In this document: positions 28,126-38,759 of the stretch, piece after piece
Layout: each line of letters opens with the position of its first letter
Numbering within the stretch: the first letter of the stretch is position 1
DNA from: Bacteroidales bacterium
GTDB lineage: Bacteria; Bacteroidota; Bacteroidia; Bacteroidales; UBA932
Assembly (NCBI GenBank): GCA_017458145.1
Contig: JAFTGA010000049.1
Coordinates: 746-64,745, forward strand
Direction: 5' to 3'
Length of the DNA stretch: 64,000 nucleotides
Notes under the pieces: generated by a model
Seen by the model: the letters and a program-made list of their open reading frames with translations, nothing else
The model's database searches: none
What the model was told of the DNA's origin: nothing
Translations under genes and position numbers: made by a program

Positions 28126-29067
28126 ATGCAATATCTTGGAGAAATCATTTCGCTTGTCGTCGCCGTGATGTGGACGGCGACCGCCCTTTTCGCCGACCAG
28201 GCGAGCCACCGCATCGGTGCCATGAGCACCAACGTTTTTCGGATGGTCTTTTCCGCCATGCTGCTTGCGGCCCTGCTGTGGATCGCCATCGGGCGCCCCT
28301 ACCCGGCCTTCGCGGACGGAGCCACCTTGCTCTGGATGGGCCTCTCCGCCCTGGTGGGCTACGTGTTCGGAGATTTCTGCCTGTTCAACTCCTACATCGT
28401 GATCGGCGCCCGCTTCGGGCAACTTTTCATGACGCTCGCTCCCCCGTTCGCGGCCATCGCCGGCTGGGCGCTGCTCGGCGAGACCCTCTCCTGGAAATCC
28501 TGGCTCGCGATGGCCGTGACGCTGACCGGCATCGCCATTTCCATCCTGGTCCGCTCGCAGGACGGCGGGCACAAGCTCACGCTCAAACTCCCCCTCAAGG
28601 GCATCCTGCTCGGCATCGGCGCCGGGCTCGGCCAGGGCGTGGGCCTGGTGCTCAGCAAGATCGGCATGCAGCACTATGCCGCGGCGCTGCCGGCGGACGC
28701 CCCGGCCGCTTTCAGCTGGGCCATGCCCTTCGCCTCCACGATGATACGCTCGCTGACGGGCACCGCCGGTTTCCTGCTGCTGATGGCCCTCACCGGTTCG
28801 CTGGGCCAGCTGCGCGGCGCCATGCACAACCGCGCGGGCATGAAGTTCACGGCACTCACCACCCTTTTCGGTCCCTTCATCGGCGTCTCGCTGTCGCTGA
28901 TGGCCGTCCAGTATGCCCGCGCCGGCATCGCCTCCACCCTGATGGCCCTCACCCCCGTGCTCATCCTCTTCCCTTACGCCCTAATCTACAAACAAAAAAT
29001 CACGCCGAAGGAAATCCTCGGCGTGACCGTCAGCATGACCGGCGTGGCGCTGTTCTTCCTGCTTTAG
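28126..29067 (+). CDS. DMT/EamA family transporter
   Basis: About 10 TM helices in two repeats. Confidence 0.88.
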   Translation: MQYLGEIISLVVAVMWTATALFADQASHRIGAMSTNVFRMVFSAMLLAALLWIAIGRPYPAFADGATLLWMGLSALVGYVFGDFCLFNSYIVIGARFGQLFMTLAPPFAAIAGWALLGETLSWKSWLAMAVTLTGIAISILVRSQDGGHKLTLKLPLKGILLGIGAGLGQGVGLVLSKIGMQHYAAALPADAPAAFSWAMPFASTMIRSLTGTAGFLLLMALTGSLGQLRGAMHNRAGMKFTALTTLFGPFIGVSLSLMAVQYARAGIASTLMALTPVLILFPYALIYKQKITPKEILGVTVSMTGVALFFLL

Positions 29068-30257
29068 GCTTCCAGGCAGCCGTCCATCAGGGACTCGATC
29101 AGGTCCTGGTCGAGGTGCTGGCCGATGAAGACGATCTTGTTCATCCGGTCACCGTATTCGGGATCCCAGTCGCGGCGGAGTTTGGCGTCGCGCGCCATCA
29201 TCTCGCGGAGCTGGTCCTGCGGCATCGTGGCGAACCAGTAGCCGGCGTCCTTGATGGTCTTCTGCTTGCCAGCGGTCTCGAAGAGGTAGCACTTGTCCGT
29301 GTCGGCGCTGAAATAGCAGAGGCCTTTCGCCCGGATGACCTCTTGGGGCCATTTCTTTGCGACCATGTAGTCGAATTTGTTGATATCCAGCGCAGGGCGG
29401 GACTCATAGACATAAGTCCCGATGCCGTATTCCTCGGCCTCCCCTTCCTCCTCATCGTGGTGATGGTGATGATGCTCGTGCTCATCGTGATCGTCGTCAT
29501 CGTGGTCGTCGTCGCCTTCGATCTCCGCAATCCAGGCGGCGGAGGTCGCCACCTTGTCGAAGTCGAACATACGGGTGTTCAGCAGTTTGTCCAGGTCCAC
29601 ATCGCCGTAGTCGCAGGGGATGATCTCGGCCTGGGGCTGCAAGGCGCGGATGATGCTCTTGACGCGGCCCAGCTCTTCGGGCGTGACCTCGGAGGCTTTG
29701 TTGAGCAGGACGATGTTGCAGAACTCGATCTGCTCGATCACCAGGTTCTCCAGGTCCTCTTCGTCGATATCCTCGCGCTGCAGGGCCTTGCCGCAGTCGA
29801 ATTCGTCCTTCATCCGCAGGGCGTCCACGACCGTGACGATGCAGTCCAGCGTGGGGATGGCGACGCCGGGATAGGACATTTTCGCGAGCTGCGGATAGGA
29901 ATTGATCGTCTGCGCGATCGGCGCGGGCTCACAGATGCCGCTCGCCTCGATGGCGATGTAGTCGAAGCGGTTCATCCGGGAGATTTCCTCCAGCTGGGCC
30001 ACGAGGTCCATCTTCAGCGTGCAGCAGATGCAGCCGTTCTGCAGGGCCACGAGGCTGTCGTCCGTCTGGCCCACGACGCCGCCCTTCTCAATCAGGTCAG
30101 CATCGATATTGACCTCGCCCAAGTCATTGACGATCACGGCGAACTTGATGCCGCGGCGGTTGGTGAGAATCCGGTTCAGGAGCGTCGTCTTGCCACTTCC
30201 GAGGTAGCCGGTCAGCAACAGGACCGGCAGGGTTTTATTTTCCAGATTGTAAGTCAT
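29064..30257 (-). CDS. CobW/COG0523 metallochaperone GTPase
   Basis: GYLGSGKTT, GCICC, EASG, NK, His/Asp-rich tract. Confidence 0.93.
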   Translation of the reverse strand: MTYNLENKTLPVLLLTGYLGSGKTTLLNRILTNRRGIKFAVIVNDLGEVNIDADLIEKGGVVGQTDDSLVALQNGCICCTLKMDLVAQLEEISRMNRFDYIAIEASGICEPAPIAQTINSYPQLAKMSYPGVAIPTLDCIVTVVDALRMKDEFDCGKALQREDIDEEDLENLVIEQIEFCNIVLLNKASEVTPEELGRVKSIIRALQPQAEIIPCDYGDVDLDKLLNTRMFDFDKVATSAAWIAEIEGDDDHDDDDHDEHEHHHHHHDEEEGEAEEYGIGTYVYESRPALDINKFDYMVAKKWPQEVIRAKGLCYFSADTDKCYLFETAGKQKTIKDAGYWFATMPQDQLREMMARDAKLRRDWDPEYGDRMNKIVFIGQHLDQDLIESLMDGCLEA

Positions 30258-30383
30258 AATCCTGTATTTAAAATGCGGACGCAAATTTAGCAAATTAATC
30301 GCTTTAGGGCAGGAAAAAAGCCTGAAAATTTGGCGGGGATGCAAAAATAAGCTATCTTTGCAACCCTTTGACAGGAAAAGAAC

Positions 30384-30461
30384 GGGAGATTAGCTCAGTT
30401 GGTTCAGAGCACTTGCCTTACAAGCAAGGGGTCACTGGTTCGAACCCAGTATCTCCCACCA
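30384..30461 (+). tRNA. tRNA-Val(TAC)
   Basis: GGGAGAT/ATCTCCC acceptor stem, CTTGC-CTTACAA-GCAAG anticodon arm, GGTTCGAA, encoded CCA. Confidence 0.97.
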
Positions 30462-30485
30462 GGCCGTGAGGCCGAATGATCATTC

Positions 30486-30879
30486 GGGGATGTTCTGGTT
30501 TTGACAGCACTGATTTCGGATGGTAAGCACGTCGGGCGTAGGAGGCTGGCCCGTTAATCCCAGTCTTCGAGCCATAACTGGCAACTACAACTATTCATAC
30601 GCTTGCTAATCTCCAAGAGATTAAGCATTAATCGATGCCGCCAAGGCTGCGGCACGACGTATATCCCTCCAGCTTTAGGCCGGTTCAGTCTGGATCCAGG
30701 GGTATCATCAAAACCGGATGCGCGGCCCGGACGCCTCTAAGGACCGTTAAGAACCCAGAGGATAAGCCCCCGGTGGCCTGTCTTTCGGCAGCCGCGGGCC
30801 GACAACCAAAGAAAGAATAAGCGTGTAGAAAGCTACCTGGGACTTTGTTTGGACGGCGGTTCGACTCCGCCCATCTCCA
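30486..30879 (+). ncRNA. ssrA: tmRNA
   Basis: 5' GGGGATG..TTTGAC; 3' GGTTCGACTCCGCCCATCTCCA; tag frame 30580-30609 after ATAACT. Confidence 0.93.
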
Positions 30880-33544
30880 CAAGGTGCACGTCGCACTGCA
30901 GGAACGGGATGGCTATGCCGTTGGCGGCCAGGGTTCCGTAAATCACCTCCTGGGCGCGGTCCACATATGCGATTCTTTCAGGGACCAGCACATATTGCTT
31001 GACGAGGATTTCCACGGTGTTGTCCACCATTCCGCCGACCACCACCTGGATCCCGTACTTGGGTTCCACGATCTCCCGTCCGTACCGGTCCTGGGTCTGA
31101 AGCTGTTTCATTGCCCCGGTGAGCAGTTCGCGGACCTTCTCGACATCCGTCCCGTAGGCCACGCCGGCCGTGATTTTAGTCAGTTCGTAGGAGTTGTTGC
31201 GGGTGAGGTTGTTGAAGTTCCTGCCGAAGAGGGAGGTATTGAGGAAGGACATCTCCGTGCCGTCCAGGGTCTCCACCACGACGCACTGATAGTTGAGGGA
31301 AACCACCCTGCCGCGAACGCCGTCGCACTCGATCCAGTCACCGATCCGCAGGCGGCCGCCGATCAGCTGGATTCCGTAGATGAAATTATTGATGATATCC
31401 TTGAGGGCCAAACCGATACCAGCAGACAGACCGCCGGCCACCAGGGTCAGCGAGCCGACGGGAATCTTCAGCACGGTGACCACCACGACGATGTAAGTCA
31501 TCCAGACCAGGACGCTGATGATGCTGTCGCCCAGGGACAGGTTGATTTCGTTGGGCCGGATGGAATTCCGGTTGTGCTTGCGCATGAAGGCGGAATACCT
31601 GGCAAAACGCCATACCGCATGGATGGACCGGTTGAGATAACGGAGGAACAGGAACAGGAGAATCAGCGCAAATATGCTCTTGCCCGAGATGCGCAGCGAT
31701 TCAAAGCCGTTCTTGTCGAAAAGCTGGACGAAAGGATTGTAGAAAAGCGTATCGAACAGGTCGTTGAAATCAAAGATGTCCAGGGACTGGCGCACACAGA
31801 TCGGCAGGGAAACCAGCAGCAGGCCGGGAATGGCCACGCCCTTGACGAAGTCGTAGAACCAGGTGGCCCCGAAGAGCAGCGATTCCCGGTCATCTCCTCC
31901 GACATAGGTGATGCGTTTGCGCAGGGCGACTACGCGCTTGTCCAGCCAACGCGCCTTGTATCGTTCCGCGAGGTCCTCGAGGCAGAAGATTGAGAGCAGA
32001 GCCGCAAGCTGGAAATACCACCACACCAGGATGAGCAGGGCCACGAAGATGTAGCCGAAGAAGGAAAACGCGAAAGCGATCACATAGATGCTCAGGGAGA
32101 TCCAGCCCAGGACGCTGTCGATGGAGGTCGATTTGGAGCTTTCCCGGATGCTGAAAAACAGTTGCCGCAAGATGGCAATGACCAGGATGGGCGGCAGCAG
32201 GAAATTCAGGAAGGAGTCCGGGACAAAACTGATGCGGCAGACAATGATGAACAGGCCGATGAGGATGGTGGGAATATAGAGCCGCAGGCAGTGGCGGATC
32301 TGCTCCGCTTTCACACGCAGCAGCAGGGAGCCGGAAATGGCGATAAGAAGCCACAGGAAGGTGTTGATATGCCTGGCACCCAGATCGACGAAACCATCTC
32401 CCTGCAGGCTGAAACCGAGCACCAGGAAGTAGATGATGGTTCCAAACAGCATGGAGAGCAGGAAACGCCGGTTCTTGGGAAAAAGATGGGCGATTCTTTT
32501 CCATTTGCCCAGCAGCCATATCAGGATTCTGGCCACGCCCCAGAAAAAGCCTAGGATGATGAGTTGCAGAAGGCTAAACGCCACCAGCATGAAATTGAGT
32601 TCCTTGCTTGATACGGTTTGGAAGTAGTCTTCACTTTCCTCCTCTTCTTCCCCGCTTCCCACCTCGATGGTCACGGTGACGCTTTCGTCATCGCTTGTGT
32701 CCCAGAAATTGTATTGCTTGCCCAGGTCCATCTTCACCTTGTCCCAATAAAAACCGGGGCTGGACAGGATGTCCAGGTAGGGGGTCTGGCCGTCTGCAAA
32801 GACATATTTCTCCAAGTCATCGTAACGGGACTGGGCATAGTCGTAGGCTTCCTTCATGCGCAGGAAAGCCGCCCGGTAGTGCGTGCTGTCCGCCTGCAGG
32901 GTGGCACGGTTGTCGGCATGCATTTTCAGCAGTTCCGAGGCATAGAGGATGCAGGAATCCCGGTGAATCTCTCCCTCGCTGTCCAGAATAAACGGGGAAG
33001 CGGTGGAGTCGGTGACGGCAAGGCGAATCACCTCCTTCTCCAGGGAAGACGCCATGTCGGAGAATTCCCGGTATAGGGAATCGTTGCGGTACAGCAGGCT
33101 GTCCGGCACTACCGAAAGCGGCTTGTCTTCCATCTGGGGCGGGAGCCGCCGGAGAGCCTCGATCAGACGGGCGTAGCGGTCCACCTCTACATCCAGTTCA
33201 TGTACCTTGCGGTCGTACGGCTTGCTGTTCCTGCTGAAGTCCTTATAGGCCGAAGTGACCTTGTTCAGGGCGTAGGCCAGGTTGAAAGTCCTGTCCTGTT
33301 CCTGCGTATAAAGGAGGAGCGAGAGCTCGTTGGACGCGGTGAGGATATTCACCATCCGTTTGTGCTCGCGCTCGTAGTTCTTGTCAAACTGCTTCTGCAC
33401 TTCCTCGCGTTGCATGAAGACCGCTCTCAGTTCCAAACGGAGGTCCTTGAGTACATTGTTGATGGACTGGCCGTTAACTACGGATAACAGCGGAATGGCG
33501 AACGCCAGGGCGAGAAATGCGGATGCCAGGAGTTTCTTTTTCAT
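30833..33544 (-). CDS. Large MscS-family mechanosensitive channel
   Basis: Multi-TM; GIGLALKDIINNF, GDWIECDG, GVAYGTD, IPFLQCDVH; 3' end overlaps tmRNA. Confidence 0.88.
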   Translation of the reverse strand: MKKKLLASAFLALAFAIPLLSVVNGQSINNVLKDLRLELRAVFMQREEVQKQFDKNYEREHKRMVNILTASNELSLLLYTQEQDRTFNLAYALNKVTSAYKDFSRNSKPYDRKVHELDVEVDRYARLIEALRRLPPQMEDKPLSVVPDSLLYRNDSLYREFSDMASSLEKEVIRLAVTDSTASPFILDSEGEIHRDSCILYASELLKMHADNRATLQADSTHYRAAFLRMKEAYDYAQSRYDDLEKYVFADGQTPYLDILSSPGFYWDKVKMDLGKQYNFWDTSDDESVTVTIEVGSGEEEEESEDYFQTVSSKELNFMLVAFSLLQLIILGFFWGVARILIWLLGKWKRIAHLFPKNRRFLLSMLFGTIIYFLVLGFSLQGDGFVDLGARHINTFLWLLIAISGSLLLRVKAEQIRHCLRLYIPTILIGLFIIVCRISFVPDSFLNFLLPPILVIAILRQLFFSIRESSKSTSIDSVLGWISLSIYVIAFAFSFFGYIFVALLILVWWYFQLAALLSIFCLEDLAERYKARWLDKRVVALRKRITYVGGDDRESLLFGATWFYDFVKGVAIPGLLLVSLPICVRQSLDIFDFNDLFDTLFYNPFVQLFDKNGFESLRISGKSIFALILLFLFLRYLNRSIHAVWRFARYSAFMRKHNRNSIRPNEINLSLGDSIISVLVWMTYIVVVVTVLKIPVGSLTLVAGGLSAGIGLALKDIINNFIYGIQLIGGRLRIGDWIECDGVRGRVVSLNYQCVVVETLDGTEMSFLNTSLFGRNFNNLTRNNSYELTKITAGVAYGTDVEKVRELLTGAMKQLQTQDRYGREIVEPKYGIQVVVGGMVDNTVEILVKQYVLVPERIAYVDRAQEVIYGTLAANGIAIPFLQCDVHLVEMGGVEPPSKQSPR

Positions 33545-33609
33545 ACAACGCGATTGGGATTTGGAGTATCAAATGTAAGCATTTATTCATATTTTTGCCA
33601 AAAAAACGG

Positions 33610-34209
33610 ATGCAACGTCTTTTTCCCCTCTTTCTGCTCCTCCTTCTGTCGGTTCCCGGCCGAGGACAGGACCCGTCCCGCCATCAGGTACGGCTTGGCT
33701 GGGGAGACATGCTGTTCGAGACCATCGCCTTCCACCCGAGCTCCACACACCGGTACCCCGCCGCTCCCCAGATGGACTATCCCCTCGCGGAAAAGCGCGA
33801 CCTCGGCTACACCGGGCACATCTTCGCCGAATACCGCTACCAGTTCACCCCGCTCGTCAGCATAGGCATGCTGGCGGATTTCCAGGGCATCTTCTGGACC
33901 ACGGAGACCCACTTCCGCTCCCGCAACTATGACCTCACCCTGCTGCCCAATGTGCGTTTCTCCTATTTCAACCGGGAATGGGTCCGGCTCTATTCCGGGC
34001 TGGGTGCAGGCCTGACGGTCGCTTTCGACAACGAGCGGCATGCAGAGTTCGCCCCGGCGCTCAACCTGAACTTCCTGGGCGTCCAGGTCGGAAAGGGGCA
34101 CTGGTCCGGCTCCGCCGAACTGGGCTTCATGGCAGCGCTCTCGGATGCCAGCCGCGTGTATATGCTGGGCTCCCGCCTGCTCAGCGTCAGTGTCAACTAT
34201 TGCTGGTAA
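33610..34209 (+). CDS. Outer membrane beta-barrel protein
   Basis: Signal peptide, amphipathic strands, C-terminal Trp. Confidence 0.72.
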   Translation: MQRLFPLFLLLLLSVPGRGQDPSRHQVRLGWGDMLFETIAFHPSSTHRYPAAPQMDYPLAEKRDLGYTGHIFAEYRYQFTPLVSIGMLADFQGIFWTTETHFRSRNYDLTLLPNVRFSYFNREWVRLYSGLGAGLTVAFDNERHAEFAPALNLNFLGVQVGKGHWSGSAELGFMAALSDASRVYMLGSRLLSVSVNYCW

Positions 34210-34213
34210 TGAT

Positions 34214-35434
34214 ATGAAAAGACTGACCATCGCCCTGCTCGTGCTCTCCGGCCTGCTCGTGAACGCATGCCGGCAGCCCGACCTGGAATATGCCGACTTC
34301 GACCTGTTCAAGGTCCTGTCCGTCAAGACCTCCTCCCTCTTTACGGAGGAGAATACCCTCAATCCGGAGATTCATACCCCGGACTGCGGCGACACGCTGG
34401 AGACCAAGATGGCCAGGACCAGCGTAACAAGCCTGATCCGCGACCTGTTCGGGACGTTCAGAAGCAACCGCGTGGTCCAGATTGCAGGCACCTACCAGGG
34501 CCACGACATCGACGGATCGCCCCTCGTCCAGTCCGGCAAACTGATCCTGCCCTCGTCCGGCCCCGTCAAGAACCTCATCCTCGTGAGCCACTACACGATC
34601 GGAGCCAACAGCGAGGCCCCTTCCGAAGCCTTTCCGATAGAAGGCATCCTGGCCGGCAAGGGCTACGCGGTGGCCATCGCCGACTACATCGGCTTCGGGG
34701 TCACGGCCGGCCGCATCCATCCCTATATGCACTGCCGCAGCACAGCCATGAGCGTCGTGGACATGGCGCTGGCCGTGAAGCCCTACCTGGAGCACATCGG
34801 CCGTGCCCCGAAGGATCCGGAAGTAATCCTGATGGGCTATTCACAAGGGGGCTCGACCACCCTGGCCGTGATGTCCATCCTGCAGCAGGAATTCAAAGAC
34901 GAACTCCCCGTCAAGAAAGCCTATGCAGGCGGCGGTCCCCACGACCTGTGCGCCACCTTCGACATCTCTACGGAAAATGACGAAATCGGCATTCCCTGTG
35001 CCTTGCCGATGATCGTACAGGGTATCAACGAGGGCGAGAGACTGGGCCTGGATCTGGCCGATTTCTTCCAGCCGAGCCTGCTGGCCCACTACGACGAGTG
35101 GATCAATTCCAAGAAATATACGGTCCGGGAAATCAATCTCCTGATCCACGCTTCCCATCTGCACGAAATCATGACGGACCAGGGCCGGGACAAGACCAAC
35201 GAACAGACGGCACGCCTGTACAAAGCCCTGGCCGCCAATTCGACGCTGTCTTTCCAGCCCGCAGCGCCCGTCTATCTGTTCCATAGCCGGGATGACAAGA
35301 CAGTCCCTTTTGTCAACGCAGAACGGGCTGAGCAAGCCTTCAGGCACAGCAACGTGCAGTTTGACTTCGGACACTACGGCGGGCACGACCTGGCGTTCAT
35401 CAAGTTCCTCAGCAAGCTTTCCAACGAATTATGA
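34214..35434 (+). CDS. Secretory lipase-like alpha/beta hydrolase lipoprotein
   Basis: Lipobox VNAC; ADYIGFG, GYSQGG, FHSRDDKTVP. Confidence 0.85.
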   Translation: MKRLTIALLVLSGLLVNACRQPDLEYADFDLFKVLSVKTSSLFTEENTLNPEIHTPDCGDTLETKMARTSVTSLIRDLFGTFRSNRVVQIAGTYQGHDIDGSPLVQSGKLILPSSGPVKNLILVSHYTIGANSEAPSEAFPIEGILAGKGYAVAIADYIGFGVTAGRIHPYMHCRSTAMSVVDMALAVKPYLEHIGRAPKDPEVILMGYSQGGSTTLAVMSILQQEFKDELPVKKAYAGGGPHDLCATFDISTENDEIGIPCALPMIVQGINEGERLGLDLADFFQPSLLAHYDEWINSKKYTVREINLLIHASHLHEIMTDQGRDKTNEQTARLYKALAANSTLSFQPAAPVYLFHSRDDKTVPFVNAERAEQAFRHSNVQFDFGHYGGHDLAFIKFLSKLSNEL

Positions 35435-36423
35435 TACGATTCCTGACTTCCACCCTGACCGCCCTCCTGCTGGCAGCGACGGCAGCAGGACAGCCTGCAG
35501 TCACCCAGCTGTATCTCGATATGCGGGCGTCGTTCCACCAGGAGCTGGACGCCGGCAAATACAACAGCCAGTTCACCGGAGACCACTTCAATCTCAACGT
35601 CCGCGGCTACCTGACGGACAAGCTGGACTTTCGCATCCGCCAGCGGCTCAACAAGAAAGTCTTCGACGAGCGGAACATGTTCAATGCCACGGACTTCCTG
35701 TATCTTCGCTGGCACGCCGCACCCCGCTGGCATTTTTCGGTCGGCAAAAACGCCGTGCTGATCGGCGGCTACGAATTCGACGCCGTGCCGATCGACGTCT
35801 ATTACTACTCCAATTTCTGCAACAATCTCTACCAGGGATTCGCCTTCGGCGTCAATGCCGAATACGAATTCCTGCCGGGACAGAACCTGGTCCTGCAGGT
35901 CTGCAACTCTCCCCTCTCCCTGGGCTTCCAGGGCCTGTACGCCTACAACGTCGCCTGGACGGGCGGATTCGCCCCGTGGTGGCACACGATCTGGAGCGTC
36001 AATTTCGTGCAGGATGAGTACCACCGCACGATCAACTACATCGCACTGGGGAACCACATGGTCTGGGGCGGCCTCGCCATCGACGTGGACCTGATGAACC
36101 GGGCCGGGGCCGGGCAGAAACGCTTCTTTTCCGACTTTACCGTCATCTCGAAAATCATCTGGAGCGTCGGGAAATGGAACCTCTGCGCCAAGGCAGGCTA
36201 CGAGAGCAATGCGCTGGAGAACGTGGATGACCAGGGGCGCGCGCTCGACCTCGCCGTGGCGCCCGGCACGAAAAACTTCTACGCCGGATGCGGCGTGGAA
36301 TTCTTCCCGCTCCCCAACCGCGACCGGCTCCGCCTGCACGCCGTCTATTTCCGCAGCAGCACGATCGGCGTCAACAATTTCGACATCGGAATCACCTGGC
36401 GATTGGATATAATCGCCAAGTAA
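35431..36423 (+). CDS. Porin-like outer membrane protein
   Basis: Signal peptide; FRIRQRLNK, VGKN..IGGYEFD. Confidence 0.72.
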   Translation: MIRFLTSTLTALLLAATAAGQPAVTQLYLDMRASFHQELDAGKYNSQFTGDHFNLNVRGYLTDKLDFRIRQRLNKKVFDERNMFNATDFLYLRWHAAPRWHFSVGKNAVLIGGYEFDAVPIDVYYYSNFCNNLYQGFAFGVNAEYEFLPGQNLVLQVCNSPLSLGFQGLYAYNVAWTGGFAPWWHTIWSVNFVQDEYHRTINYIALGNHMVWGGLAIDVDLMNRAGAGQKRFFSDFTVISKIIWSVGKWNLCAKAGYESNALENVDDQGRALDLAVAPGTKNFYAGCGVEFFPLPNRDRLRLHAVYFRSSTIGVNNFDIGITWRLDIIAK

Positions 36424-36454
36424 TCCATAACCCCCTGCATCCCCTTCAGCGGCG

Positions 36455-38641
36455 TCAGTATGCGAGGACGTCCCACAGATCGCGGATGCGCTGCTCCGGA
36501 TCCCATGCGTAGTTGAAGGTCCAGGCAGCCGTGACGGCGTAATGCTCCGGAGCGCCGGGCGCCTCGCTGAGATTGTTGCGCAGCCAGCCGCTGTGGCCGC
36601 CCTGGCGGGTGACATTGTAATAATAAGTCCGCTGGCCCCAGACGCAGGGATCCAGCACCTTGTCGGAATAGGCATAGTGGATATTGCCGTTGACGACATT
36701 CTCCGAGAGGGTGCAGTGCACCAGATAGAACTGCGCGTCGTGGTGGTAGCGGCCCAGCAGGGTCGGCGACTTGGCGTCGAAGGTCGAATTGGTGATCACC
36801 AGTTTCTTGCTGCTGTCGCCGCGGCCGTCATGCCAGATCATCGCCATCCCGTCGCCATAGAACGAGCAGCGCGTGGCGTAGCACCAGCCGCGCGGGCAGA
36901 GGAAGTCCACACCGCGGCAGCGCAGGTCCAGGTCGGCGTGGTAGTACATACCGCCGCTGTCCGGAGCCCAGAGCGACAGGGCGTCGTTGCCGTCGGCCCA
37001 GACACGGCAGTTGATCACGATCGTGCGCGTGGCGCGTCCGTAGATGGCCATCTGGTGCGAGGTCGTCTCTTCGACCGTGGTGCCGTAGTTGTTATACACC
37101 GTCAGGCCGCTGATCACGCAGTCGTCAGCGCCCTCCTGCAGGACGATGACGCCGTTGCCCGCCGGCTTGCCCTTATACTCCCGGATGACACGCCGCGAGG
37201 AAAGTTCCGCCCAGGTGATCACGGTCTCGTCGCGGTCCTCCCCCACCAGCACGATATTCGGCCGGTCAAGAATCACTTTTTCATTGTACTGTCCTTTGAG
37301 GATCAATATTTTGAAAGGCTCCACCGGGACTTCCGGCGCCTTCTCGATCGCAGCCTGGATGCTCTGTCCGGGCATCACCACGGCGTCGAACGCACTGCGC
37401 TCGATGACCGGCCGGCGGAACATCTCGATGGTGCCGTTGCGGTTGGCTCCGGGCGTGGCAAGACTGATCTTCACCTTGTGGCGCGGATCATATTTGTCCG
37501 CCCAGGCATCGTAGAGCGGATAGAGCTGCGCGGCACTGCTGTTGTACCAGCCATAGCCGTTGCGCCGCTCCGGACCGATTTCCTCCAGGCGGCGGCGCGC
37601 GATGCCGTCCCGGTCGCAGACATAGGGTTCGCACCATTTCAGGTCGTAGAAACGGCCCCAGACCGGTTCTGCGGCGGGGTCCTCCACCAGGCGCGTGTTG
37701 CGGACGCCGTTCTCGACGGTCCGTTCCACGCGCAGGCCGGTGAGCTTGTAGGTGTCGAACCAGCGCATCGCCCCGTGCACGGCCCGCTTGACGCGCTCGT
37801 CAGGGTCGGGCAGGCTCATCAGCAGACGCACGATCCCGACGCTCTCGGACGAGCAGTACGAAGGCAGTTCAAACGCGCGGGCCGGCGCGGGGGCAAGCGT
37901 CTGCCGGTCGTGCTGCTGGCACCACACCGACGGCTGTCCGTCCTTGAGGATCTGCGTGGAGAGGATGCACGCGATGCCCTTGTCGAAGGAGGCCACGAGG
38001 CGCTCGCGCAGCGCGCTGTCAGTCAATCCATTGCCATAGGGATCCTGCTCGGAATAGATGTCCCGGAAAAGCTCCAGGGTATTGACGATCGCGTTGTCGT
38101 TGTAGGTGATATGGACCTGATAGCCCGTCATATCCGGCCAGAACTGCGGCCAGCCGCCGTTCTCGTACTGCCCCGAGAGCAGGTATTCCACCGCGGCGCG
38201 GAAGCCCGCTCGGAAACGGTCCTCCCGGGTGGCCTGCCAGAGGCGCGCCAGGTAAATCATCTGCGTGGTGGTGGCATTGTTGTCGATGGTGGAATCGTCC
38301 GTGCGCGACTTGTCGGCAAGCACCCGGGCCAGCTCGGCGTCCGTCAGGCGGCGCGTCATGTCAATGTTCTTGGGCCAGCCGCCCGTCACGCGCTGCCAGG
38401 CCAGCACCTGGTCTCCGATGCGCAGCGCCTCGTCGGTCCCGAAGAAGGCGGGATCCGTCGTGCGGAGCAGGTCACGGCGGGCCTGCTGAGGCGCCGGCCG
38501 CGCCGCCTGCGGGGCTGTCTGCTGCTTGCGCAGCTGGTCCCGCTGCTCGGGCTGCAGTACGCCGCCCGGCTGGGCGAAAGCCGGGCTGGATACAAAGAAG
38601 AACAGGGCGCAGAGCGCAAGGGAACGGAGTTGGGAATGCAT
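36455..38641 (-). CDS. Pectate lyase (PL10) fused to pectin methylesterase-like (CE8) domain
   Basis: GGWPKN, TIDNNATT, GGWPQF, ITYNDNA, WCQQH; then HQMA, GVDF, LLGRY. Confidence 0.88.
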   Translation of the reverse strand: MHSQLRSLALCALFFFVSSPAFAQPGGVLQPEQRDQLRKQQTAPQAARPAPQQARRDLLRTTDPAFFGTDEALRIGDQVLAWQRVTGGWPKNIDMTRRLTDAELARVLADKSRTDDSTIDNNATTTQMIYLARLWQATREDRFRAGFRAAVEYLLSGQYENGGWPQFWPDMTGYQVHITYNDNAIVNTLELFRDIYSEQDPYGNGLTDSALRERLVASFDKGIACILSTQILKDGQPSVWCQQHDRQTLAPAPARAFELPSYCSSESVGIVRLLMSLPDPDERVKRAVHGAMRWFDTYKLTGLRVERTVENGVRNTRLVEDPAAEPVWGRFYDLKWCEPYVCDRDGIARRRLEEIGPERRNGYGWYNSSAAQLYPLYDAWADKYDPRHKVKISLATPGANRNGTIEMFRRPVIERSAFDAVVMPGQSIQAAIEKAPEVPVEPFKILILKGQYNEKVILDRPNIVLVGEDRDETVITWAELSSRRVIREYKGKPAGNGVIVLQEGADDCVISGLTVYNNYGTTVEETTSHQMAIYGRATRTIVINCRVWADGNDALSLWAPDSGGMYYHADLDLRCRGVDFLCPRGWCYATRCSFYGDGMAMIWHDGRGDSSKKLVITNSTFDAKSPTLLGRYHHDAQFYLVHCTLSENVVNGNIHYAYSDKVLDPCVWGQRTYYYNVTRQGGHSGWLRNNLSEAPGAPEHYAVTAAWTFNYAWDPEQRIRDLWDVLAY

Positions 38642-38759
38642 ATAATAATTGGTCTTGTAGTTTGTGGTCAAAGTTAAGCCAATTTATCAAAAAAACAATG
38701 CGGCATCAATGCGACGACATAAAAGGACATATTCACGGAATTATCCGTAACTTTGCCGG

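Noticed and set aside
29440-29520. Low-complexity trinucleotide-like tract
   Set aside because: Normal His/Asp-rich linker of COG0523 GTPases.
36455-38641. PL10-CE8 fusion as a novelty
   Set aside because: Known architecture in Bacteroidales pectin degraders.
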